IMG/VR virus record: IMGVR_UViG_3300021399_000098
Length of the DNA stretch: 64,000 nucleotides
Source: a virus
Lineage: Duplodnaviria; Caudoviricetes
Reading direction: 5' to 3' (one strand)
Position numbers and translations under genes: made by a program. The notes beneath the pieces are model-generated. The model worked only from the letters and a program-made list of their open reading frames with translations, did not search any database and was not told where the DNA came from. Shown piece after piece: positions 9,471 to 17,803 of the stretch. Numbering within the stretch: the stretch's first letter is position 1; each line of letters begins with the position of its first letter.

Positions 9471-9619
9471 AAATGCATCAAAACGGCAGCACAAAGATTT
9501 TCTCTTGAAAATGTGAAAGAAAGTGTGTTGAAAATACGCAGATTTGCCTTTGATAAAATATTTAGTAATAAAATAATAACTAAACAGGGGATATTTCCTA
9601 AATATAAATATCATTAGCT

Positions 9620-10396
9620 ATGCCAGAAATTTGCGTAACCGAAGAAAAAGTTAAGAAAAAAAGAGGCAGAAAACCTTCCAAGGAAAGGAAAGGCTATTTC
9701 TACGAAGAACAAGAGAAAGCTGTTGTGGATTACATTTCAACTGACGATGAGAAGGTTAAGAACAGAATCTTCAATGCTACGTTGAAACCAGCATTCACTA
9801 AAATGATAGAATCAATCATTAGAAGATATAATTTATATCCACCTGACGAAGAATTCAAAGAGACATTCGATGATACAATATCATTTTTAATGACAAAGTT
9901 GTCTTGTTTCGACCCCACCACGAATTATAAAGCATATTCATACTGTGGAACAATTTGTAAAAACTACCTCATCTACAAAATCAACCAATTTTCCAAAAAT
10001 CAGAAAAGAAACCTATCGTATGACTCACCTTATGAGTCAAGCATTCAAAGTGACATTAATGACAGTTTAAGGTATTCTTATGATGAAAGTGACCCAAGGA
10101 AAACGTTTTTGTCAGAGCTTACTTGCAATACCGTATCCAACATTGAAAAGATATTGTCTGAAAAGGACAAAATGAAACTAAACGAAAATGAAATAAAGGT
10201 TGGTCAAGCATTGGTCAACCTAATGAAAAACTGGGATGAACTTTTTGCCCAAATGGGTAGTGATAAGTTTAACAAAAGTTCTATTTTATTGTTCTTGAAA
10301 GAAACTACCATGTTAAGCACAAAAGAAATCAGGGATGCCATCAGAGTTTACAAAAAAAGATATTATGATGTTAAGTGGAAACTAATCAATGAATAA
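9620..10396 (+). CDS. phage sigma factor, T4 gp55-like (late transcription)
   Basis: Sigma region-2-like DDTISFLMTKLSCFDPTTNYKAYSYCGTICKNYL, comparable to the gp55 FDP..NPFAYFT pattern. Confidence 0.65.
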   Translation: MPEICVTEEKVKKKRGRKPSKERKGYFYEEQEKAVVDYISTDDEKVKNRIFNATLKPAFTKMIESIIRRYNLYPPDEEFKETFDDTISFLMTKLSCFDPTTNYKAYSYCGTICKNYLIYKINQFSKNQKRNLSYDSPYESSIQSDINDSLRYSYDESDPRKTFLSELTCNTVSNIEKILSEKDKMKLNENEIKVGQALVNLMKNWDELFAQMGSDKFNKSSILLFLKETTMLSTKEIRDAIRVYKKRYYDVKWKLINE

Positions 10397-10432
10397 ATGA
10401 AAATTATAATATTTATAAACAAAGATTAGACT

Positions 10433-10831
10433 ATGGGTAAACTTAAAATAGAACTTAATGATACCCAAAACATAAGAGACCTTTTGCAAGAAGCCTACAG
10501 ATTGGCCGATGAACAGATTATACAAGCTCAGAACGAGATTAACAAGCTTTCTGTGGCCACCGAACTACAGAATGAACCAATGGAGGCTAGAAGCAAATAT
10601 GCAAAGGCTATAAACGATTATTTGGGTATGAAAGACAAGGCAATATCAAAGAAAATAGATATTGCGAAAATACTAACGGACATATATCATCATAACGGTG
10701 ATGTTAAGGAAGCATTTGAACATGGAAGTTCAATGAAGGACATGTCATTCAATTTCGATGACATAAGGAAGATTGTAGATGATTCTTTACAAGAAAAAGA
10801 GCAAACTAAGAAAATAGAACTTAACAAGTAA
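10433..10831 (+). CDS. hypothetical late protein (coiled-coil)
   Basis: Preceded by TATTTATA at 10410-10417. Confidence 0.6.
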   Translation: MGKLKIELNDTQNIRDLLQEAYRLADEQIIQAQNEINKLSVATELQNEPMEARSKYAKAINDYLGMKDKAISKKIDIAKILTDIYHHNGDVKEAFEHGSSMKDMSFNFDDIRKIVDDSLQEKEQTKKIELNK

Positions 10832-13047
10832 TGGCAAGCGTAAAATCCATGCAAGAGGAAGCAATGGCTTCCATTGATACTGCGAAAGCTATGATTGATA
10901 AAGTAATGTCAATCATGGAAATTGTGCTGGTATCGCCATCTTTGTCATTGTCTTTTGCAACAAACCCTATTGGTTTCTTATTGCAGATACTTAAACACTT
11001 GGGTATTACATACGAAGAGATTAGACTATGGCTTGTTAAGTTCCTAATCTATATAGTGCCTTTGTTGGAGATTTCAGTAAAGGCAGTCTTACTTACGAAC
11101 TTGAAGAACATGATTTCATGTTCAGTTGACCCTAGAATTCCAGATAAATATAGAAAAAGACACAAAGAACATACAAGTTCCACTGGGTATGAAACATCAC
11201 AAGAATATGGAATAGATATAAATATTGAATCCATAGACTTTTTGGATAAGCTTTCTGTCAACCCATTAAGTGAATTCGGTTCTGAAATGTATTTCGGACT
11301 TGAGGGTGTAGAGGATTCATATAAATTCGCAAGAGCAGATGACTTCGATGCATTCTTGTGGTTTGTAATACATAAAGGCAAGTTCCCTAACTCTTCTATA
11401 ATAGCAAACTTTGAAGGTAGTAGTTTCTCTCCTAACAGCATTACACATGAAGAGCCTACACTTACACCTAGCAGTGGAAGCTTGCTAAGTCAAGTTGAGG
11501 TTATATATCCAAAACATTCTTCTACCATTCTGTTAGGAAACACGTTTACATACCCCAAAGGTCATGTAATATCAATGTGTATTGACAGAAAGTTAGACGA
11601 ATCAAACTACACGGTAAGAAACACATTGGTTCCAGTATCAGATGACTGGTCTTCAGTCAATTGGTACGCAAGGAGAGCTAGCCAACTTGGTAAAAACTTG
11701 GGATTTGGATGGAGTGCCAATTGGTCAGACCCAACAGCAACCACTAGGTTTAGAAAGGGTAAAAAAGGTAGAAACTATGACAAGGAAAGGGCTTTATGTA
11801 ATTTACAGTACATAGACCAAGCATCAAGCGATTCTCCTATTACTGGACTAGTAAACAACAAGCTACGCTTCACCATTCTACCAAAACCATACATACATAT
11901 ACCTCAGATAAGTAAAGGAGAGCCACCTTGGAGATTTAAAAAGATGCTGTTTGATTCTAGCGGTAACTACGATTCAAACGGAAAATACACATTTGCAAAG
12001 ACTCCTACAGAAAGTATAAGTGACGGAACTATTTCATTCAAAGGCATAGATGGTGGAGTTACAATGAGCATTAAGTCTGGTAAAGTCACGGTTGGAGACC
12101 CTAAAGAATTGGTTAAAAACTTGATGGAGTGCTATCCAGGACTTACAATCTTTGAGTTCAACTATGACTATGTAATGAGCCTTAAGCTGTTTGATGCGAA
12201 GGTGTTGGCAACAGCACTGTTGGACTCATTGATTAATGCTAGAATGGGTGTCAACTTGGGGTTCAAAAAAGAACATCAAGACGCAACAGAAGCTTTAAAA
12301 GAAATAATCAAGTCAATTATAAACACTGATGATTCAGAAGTAAACAACTGCTATTATACATTTGATAACAGTAAATATGAATCATTGTTAAGGAGAAGTG
12401 AAGAGAAAAGGGCTAGACAAGAAAGGTTTGGAAACACCACAAGGGAATTAGGTTCTTTTGAAAGTGTGGATGAAATACTTAAAGAATATGACGCAAATGC
12501 TGATTTGCATGAGCAGACTGATATTTTGCATAGGGCAATAACCCAAGCAGCAGTGACCATAAGCGAAGGTGCTGATGATGCCGATAGGTACAAGTTAGAA
12601 TATGATTTCGTGTTCGATTTGGTTGAGAACTTGGTTACTGCCATAGTAAATTCAATTCTAAGTCCTAAAATTCTTTTGCTGTTAGAAGTCAACCAGAAGA
12701 TAATGGGTGGTACTTGGGAAAAGTTCACCATGAGGGATTTGATTCAAGCCATGCAGACTTTGATTGTTTCCATAGTAAAGGAAGTAAAGGATTTGGTCAT
12801 ACAAGAGCTTCTCAAACTAGTGTTGAGTCAGTTAGAGCCTATTATTCAAATGTTGGGCAGCATATTGCTCAGAGAGCAACTTGAAAGCAGTGCAGACAAG
12901 ATTATGGAAATTATTCGTAACTGTCCATCTATTTGGTTTAAATTTGGCAATAGGTACGAAGACACTAAACTTGATACAATTGACTATGCTGACATTGATA
13001 CAAGTTCAACTAACAAGGATGACCAACCTTCAACAAATAACTGTTAA
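10831..13047 (+). CDS. putative virion structural protein (baseplate region)
   Basis: 738-aa ORF in a late operon upstream of a spike-like gene. Confidence 0.5.
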   Translation: MASVKSMQEEAMASIDTAKAMIDKVMSIMEIVLVSPSLSLSFATNPIGFLLQILKHLGITYEEIRLWLVKFLIYIVPLLEISVKAVLLTNLKNMISCSVDPRIPDKYRKRHKEHTSSTGYETSQEYGIDINIESIDFLDKLSVNPLSEFGSEMYFGLEGVEDSYKFARADDFDAFLWFVIHKGKFPNSSIIANFEGSSFSPNSITHEEPTLTPSSGSLLSQVEVIYPKHSSTILLGNTFTYPKGHVISMCIDRKLDESNYTVRNTLVPVSDDWSSVNWYARRASQLGKNLGFGWSANWSDPTATTRFRKGKKGRNYDKERALCNLQYIDQASSDSPITGLVNNKLRFTILPKPYIHIPQISKGEPPWRFKKMLFDSSGNYDSNGKYTFAKTPTESISDGTISFKGIDGGVTMSIKSGKVTVGDPKELVKNLMECYPGLTIFEFNYDYVMSLKLFDAKVLATALLDSLINARMGVNLGFKKEHQDATEALKEIIKSIINTDDSEVNNCYYTFDNSKYESLLRRSEEKRARQERFGNTTRELGSFESVDEILKEYDANADLHEQTDILHRAITQAAVTISEGADDADRYKLEYDFVFDLVENLVTAIVNSILSPKILLLLEVNQKIMGGTWEKFTMRDLIQAMQTLIVSIVKEVKDLVIQELLKLVLSQLEPIIQMLGSILLREQLESSADKIMEIIRNCPSIWFKFGNRYEDTKLDTIDYADIDTSSTNKDDQPSTNNC

Positions 13048-13060
13048 AAAAACACACAAT

Positions 13061-13453
13061 ATGGGTATTGAGCAAATTTGTCATACTATTACCAATTTTT
13101 TCAACAATATAAGACCTCCATTTCCACAATTGTCGAGGTTACTGTTGGTGTGCTCTATGATTCGTAGACCAGGACTTTCTGTTATACAATCTACAGCAAA
13201 CATAGTTAAGGACTTGAATAAATTGGGTATACCAACTGGACCGATGCCTGACGGTAGTGCAAATTTAACCGTTGCGTTCACTTTTGCAAATACAAAGGAA
13301 ATATATAGAGCAATGAAAAAAGATGCATCAATTCAAGTTGGATTCCAACCTGGTTCTATGACATTGACCGCTTTCGGTGCAAACGCTGGCGGTCCTATTG
13401 CTGTACAAGGAATGAACACCTCTGCTGGTATGGGCTTTGGCGATATAAGTTAA
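13061..13453 (+). CDS. hypothetical structural protein
   Basis: True start is probably the ATG at 13061 (MGIEQ); Gly-rich beta-type C-terminus. Confidence 0.55.
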   Translation: MGIEQICHTITNFFNNIRPPFPQLSRLLLVCSMIRRPGLSVIQSTANIVKDLNKLGIPTGPMPDGSANLTVAFTFANTKEIYRAMKKDASIQVGFQPGSMTLTAFGANAGGPIAVQGMNTSAGMGFGDIS

Positions 13454-13454
13454 A

Positions 13455-13652
13455 ATGATTATGAAAAAAGATATGGATTTTACAAGATTGTCCAACTCAG
13501 AAATTAATATCAAAATAATGGGTTACAATGACGAATATAATGTCAAAAAGGATAAAATAATTCAGTTGGTGCATGAATTGGAGGAACTTGACCACCTCTA
13601 TCAGAAAGCCAATGAGGAACTTAAAAAAAGAGGCGTTTTAAAAGATGGCTAA
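13455..13652 (+). CDS. small coiled-coil hypothetical protein
   Basis: 65-aa ORF in the operon. Confidence 0.5.
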   Translation: MIMKKDMDFTRLSNSEINIKIMGYNDEYNVKKDKIIQLVHELEELDHLYQKANEELKKRGVLKDG

Positions 13653-14595
13653 CTTAAAAATAGAAATAGGTGTCGTAAGAGACGTTGAAACTGAGTATTC
13701 TGATTACATTAAGGACAAAGAGCATCAATTAGACCAACCTTTCGGAGGTCTTAGGGTTAGAGTTGAACTTACATCGGACAAAGATAAGAATAAGACAACG
13801 ATTGAGCCTAAAGACTTGCCTTGGGCATTTCCATTGCTTCCGAAAGCGTTTCAAGTCATTCCCAAGATTGGAGAAGGGGCAATGGTGTTGTGTGACGATA
13901 ACCCAAAAAGCCAAAGATACTATATAGGCCCAGTCATATCACAACCGCAGTATAACACAGAGTGTAAGAAAAGAAACGGTGTGTCACTGCTTAATACATC
14001 AATTGCTTCTGATAACAAACCATTGGAAGATGTCAGTGGAAAAATTGTAGGTTCTTTCCCAAACGTTGAAGATGTTGCTGTGGTTGGTAGAGGTGCTGAA
14101 GATGTCATACTTAAATTCAATGACAGCACGAAGGAAAGCGAAGTAGATATTAGAGCTGGCATCAGAAAAGAACCAACCAACGACCCAAACCCAAGCATGA
14201 CTGGAAATATCATATTTAATGAAGTTGACCCAGCATACATACAGTTAAAGTATAAAAGTGGACTGTGCAGCAACCCAGACGCTAACAGCATCATCAATAT
14301 AGTTGCTGATAAAATCAATCTTATAAGCAATAAAGATGATAATGTTGCGCATAACATACATGATAAAAATGGGTTGATTCAAAACGACAAAATATCAGAT
14401 ATTACATGGAATCTACAAGCTGTTCCATTGGGGAACAATCTATATGATTTGTTGATGATAATGAAAGAGTGTATTTTGAATCATGTGCACCCTTGGCCAG
14501 GAAAACCACAATGCGGTGACTGGGGAGGTTATATAAATAAATTAGTTGAATATGATTTGAGCAAAATACTGTCAAAACATGTGAGAACATCATAA
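13645..14595 (+). CDS. baseplate spike / gp5-gpV-like protein
   Basis: OB-fold-like N-terminus (LRVRV...WAFPLLP..IPKIGE) and a C-terminal HVHP metal-binding tip motif. Confidence 0.65.
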   Translation: MANLKIEIGVVRDVETEYSDYIKDKEHQLDQPFGGLRVRVELTSDKDKNKTTIEPKDLPWAFPLLPKAFQVIPKIGEGAMVLCDDNPKSQRYYIGPVISQPQYNTECKKRNGVSLLNTSIASDNKPLEDVSGKIVGSFPNVEDVAVVGRGAEDVILKFNDSTKESEVDIRAGIRKEPTNDPNPSMTGNIIFNEVDPAYIQLKYKSGLCSNPDANSIINIVADKINLISNKDDNVAHNIHDKNGLIQNDKISDITWNLQAVPLGNNLYDLLMIMKECILNHVHPWPGKPQCGDWGGYINKLVEYDLSKILSKHVRTS

Positions 14596-14632
14596 AAAAT
14601 AAGCGAATCTTTTTTAGATTCGCTTATTTTTT
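14594..14632. terminator. bidirectional terminator between convergent genes
   Basis: aaaaataagcgaatct...agattcgcttattttt. Confidence 0.8.
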
Positions 14633-14687
14633 GGAACGATAACTTGTTTGTAGTAGTTCCTTATTTTGAATAAATATACAATAATAG

Positions 14688-15224
14688 TTAAAAATCCAAG
14701 TCGTTTTCTATTCGTCTGAAATTTCCATATTCATCTTTAACATATTTATTAAAATCTGGGTCTCTGTAAATAGGCTCATCATCTTCTCTATCTATTCTTT
14801 CCCATCCTTTTGGTAGCCTTTCCCTTGTATGATGCTTATATACAGCATCTTCCCAAGGGTCAATACCTTCACTTAATATTCTATTCACTGATTCTTTCAC
14901 AATATTGTGGATGTAGTTTTCTATATTAAGATTTTTAATTTCACGAAACCTCGGTTCAACTTTATCAGTAGGTTTCTGAATTGTAATTGTTGGTAAATTG
15001 TCAAAAGCATCAATTATCTGATTTGCCCTATCATTGGTGGGGTCAGCATCAAGAACTCTGTAAACTTCTTGCATAAAATCCTCTCTGACTTCATCGACAT
15101 TTATAAAAGTGCCTTCCATCGAAAGTTTTTGCTCATCATCACCCTCTTTCAATATTCTGTTAACTGAATTTCTAACTATATTGTGAAGGTCTGATTCTGT
15201 AAGTCTAATTATTTGTTTATCCAT
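14688..15224 (-). CDS. putative internal head protein with two LTESDLH-type motifs
   Basis: MDKQIIRLTESDLHNIVRNSVNRILKE plus an internal IHNIVKESVNRILSE; TATTTATA at 15255-15262. Confidence 0.6.
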   Translation of the reverse strand: MDKQIIRLTESDLHNIVRNSVNRILKEGDDEQKLSMEGTFINVDEVREDFMQEVYRVLDADPTNDRANQIIDAFDNLPTITIQKPTDKVEPRFREIKNLNIENYIHNIVKESVNRILSEGIDPWEDAVYKHHTRERLPKGWERIDREDDEPIYRDPDFNKYVKDEYGNFRRIENDLDF

Positions 15225-15281
15225 TGTTTTTAATTGTTTAGCAATATTATTTCTTATAAATATCAGCCTAAGTAAAAAAAC

Positions 15282-16088
15282 TTATTCCCAAACGTCCAAT
15301 ATTTTCGTAATCAACGGATTTCTAACGATGTCTTCCCTAGTGAACTCTGTCACTCCGACTTCATCCAAGTCTATCAAGTGATTTGCAGCGTATTCAAGTC
15401 CACACTCTGACTTTTTATTCACAATGTCTCGTCTGTTCACTTGTCCGCAATCACCAGTGATGATTACCTTACTGTTCTCTCCAATTCTTGTGAGCAATAG
15501 CTTCATATTGTCTTTTGTATACTGTTCAGCTTCATTCACCAAAATTATTGAATCGTCAAATGTTTTTCCCAATGCATAGTTTATAAATTCATATCTTACA
15601 TACCCACTGTTAATCAAGTTTTGTGCCATTATCGTTGGGTCTCCGTTGCCACTGTTTTTAAGGATTTTTGCAATGGTTTCCTCATCACATTCCTTAAACG
15701 GTCTAGTTTTGTCTTCAAAGTCACCCTTTAGGTAGCCAAGGTTCAAGTCCAAACCTCCTGCTGGTGCTGTAGGAACAATCATTATGATGTTGTTATACCT
15801 ACCTTCTTTAAGCTCCCTTAAGGCAAATGAAAGTGAAATGTAAGATTTACCAGTACCTGGAGCACCGATACCAAAACATATTTGGTAATTTTTGTTTTTC
15901 AAAACATTAAGGAAATCTTTTTGCTTTTCGTTTTTGCACTTAATATCCAATTTAAAACTCAAAGCTTTAAGTTGTGTAACCATTCCGCAAGACGTTAGAT
16001 AATTGAGAGCACTGTCTCCTTTCATCTTGTCTTCGATGAACTGTATGTCCAATTCATCAATTCCTTTAAGATTTTTCTTTTTTCCCAT
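15282..16088 (-). CDS. phoH: PhoH-family ATPase
   Basis: GAPGTGKS, LGYLKG, NEAEQ, LLTRIGENSKVIITGD and DIVRNPL. Confidence 0.9.
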   Translation of the reverse strand: MGKKKNLKGIDELDIQFIEDKMKGDSALNYLTSCGMVTQLKALSFKLDIKCKNEKQKDFLNVLKNKNYQICFGIGAPGTGKSYISLSFALRELKEGRYNNIIMIVPTAPAGGLDLNLGYLKGDFEDKTRPFKECDEETIAKILKNSGNGDPTIMAQNLINSGYVRYEFINYALGKTFDDSIILVNEAEQYTKDNMKLLLTRIGENSKVIITGDCGQVNRRDIVNKKSECGLEYAANHLIDLDEVGVTEFTREDIVRNPLITKILDVWE

Positions 16089-16104
16089 AATTTTTTTAAT
16101 TAAG

Positions 16105-16144
16105 AAAAAAGCGCACTAGTCCATTAAAGAACTAGTGCGCTTTT
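16105..16144 (-). terminator. intrinsic terminator-like hairpin
   Basis: aaaagcgcactagt...actagtgcgctttt. Confidence 0.7.
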
Positions 16145-16225
16145 GATTATGTAGTATTTAATGTTTTATCCATTAGCATTACATTTATATCTATAAATAT
16201 ATAAAAAGTCATTTTTATATTCATT

Positions 16226-17719
16226 TTAAGCGTATTTGTTGTTTAAATCATCTACAATATCGAATGATAAAACGTCATGGTGTATAATGCTATTCATGCC
16301 GTATTTTATTCTTATATCAACGTAATATCTCTGAGGTATTAAGATGTTCGTGTCAATCACATAGAAGTTGTTTGAGAACGACTTATTGACCCTATCCCAT
16401 TCGATTACGTCAATTTCCCTAGTTCCGTCCTTAATGTATAACCTCAAGTCCATACTATCCAACAATTCGTATGTATTGTATGTGTAAGACGGCTTTCCGT
16501 TTATAACTAGTTTCCTTATGTCACCCCTCTTAATCTGTTCCTTCTCCTTTATTCCGTTAATGCTTGGGTTATAGGTTATGTTCTCAGGCTCAAGTGAATT
16601 TCCTATATTGAAGAAATTAGCAGTTTTTTTAAGCGTAAAATCAAGCTCTACAGCCTCTAATTCTGTTCCTTGGTATACTAACCCATCCCACGTGTCATAA
16701 AGCATCCTATCAGCCTCAAAATCGCTCGTAGAGAGTTTTAAATCTATGTAGTAAATTCCTTTTGATTGCTTCTTTGCCTCAACCTCCAATATTTCGTTTC
16801 CATCAGAGTCTTTTATGACCTCATCCTCGTCATTCCTAATGGTTACTTTTGGATTTGAATCCAAATTCTCAAGGTGCTCTCCAATTGTACAGTACAAATA
16901 CAACTTGTTGTTTTTGTTCAGCACAAAATTAGAGCGGTCATCTGAAACAACATCATTATATCTAGTTTCAACAAATGGTTCAAAGAAGGTGTTCGTCTTG
17001 TCTGTAAGCCAACCCACATAGTTCTCCCATTGACTGTCCATCACCTCTAGCATTGGAGAATATGCCATACCAATTCCAAAGTTCTCAAGTTCTCCGCTCA
17101 AGAACTTGTTAAATGTATCTGTAATATCCAAGTTGATGCATTCGTTTCCGTAATCGAAATGTTGCCTTCCGATGATGATGGAATCTTCACCAGCAGCCCA
17201 TTTATCATATTCTTTTGATAGGGTTTCGTTGTCGTAAATTCCAGCTTCATCCCACTTCAATCCATTTTGTCTTTGAAACCAGTTGCATCCTTCTTCAGAA
17301 ATTAACCTTTGTGGGTCAATAGGAGCTGGAGAATAATACCCAGCATTGAAATAAGTTTTTACATAGTTAAATCCTTTACCCCTATCCCAAGGCTTTGGAA
17401 TAAGGAAAAATATGATGTCAAATGACGCAGCTCTGATTTTTTTATTGTCATTGATTGAACTAGTTTCACACATATGCAACTGTGTGAAATCAGTAGAACT
17501 TGCATTGGTGATATGAAGAGTGTGCTTCATCTTATTTATGTCAATCATAATACCATCGTCAATAAGTTTCTTAACCTTACTGTGGTCGAAATAGAACAAT
17601 GCCCTAGACACTATCGTATCGCGTCCATAAACAAGCTCAGACACAGGATTCAATCCAGTGTTGATTTTACTGTTGCTTACAATAGTGTTGAATTTAGATA
17701 TGTATGTCTTATAAACCAT
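16226..17719 (-). CDS. putative virion structural protein
   Basis: 497-aa beta-rich ORF; TATTTATA at 17737-17744. Confidence 0.55.
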   Translation of the reverse strand: MVYKTYISKFNTIVSNSKINTGLNPVSELVYGRDTIVSRALFYFDHSKVKKLIDDGIMIDINKMKHTLHITNASSTDFTQLHMCETSSINDNKKIRAASFDIIFFLIPKPWDRGKGFNYVKTYFNAGYYSPAPIDPQRLISEEGCNWFQRQNGLKWDEAGIYDNETLSKEYDKWAAGEDSIIIGRQHFDYGNECINLDITDTFNKFLSGELENFGIGMAYSPMLEVMDSQWENYVGWLTDKTNTFFEPFVETRYNDVVSDDRSNFVLNKNNKLYLYCTIGEHLENLDSNPKVTIRNDEDEVIKDSDGNEILEVEAKKQSKGIYYIDLKLSTSDFEADRMLYDTWDGLVYQGTELEAVELDFTLKKTANFFNIGNSLEPENITYNPSINGIKEKEQIKRGDIRKLVINGKPSYTYNTYELLDSMDLRLYIKDGTREIDVIEWDRVNKSFSNNFYVIDTNILIPQRYYVDIRIKYGMNSIIHHDVLSFDIVDDLNNKYA

Positions 17720-17749
17720 TTTACTTTTAATTTATATATAAATATCAAA

Positions 17750-17784
17750 AAAAACGAGTTTACATCGTCTGCAAACTCGTTTTT
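17750..17784 (-). terminator. intrinsic terminator
   Basis: aaaaacgagttt...aaactcgttttt. Confidence 0.7.
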
Positions 17785-17803
17785 ATAGTTATGTTATGTT
17801 TTT

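Noticed and set aside
12881-13060. N-terminal extensions in the ORF track (also 31161-31241, 32857-32907, 58497-58538 and 63039-63074)
   Set aside because: They overlap upstream genes or promoter motifs, and downstream ATGs fit better.
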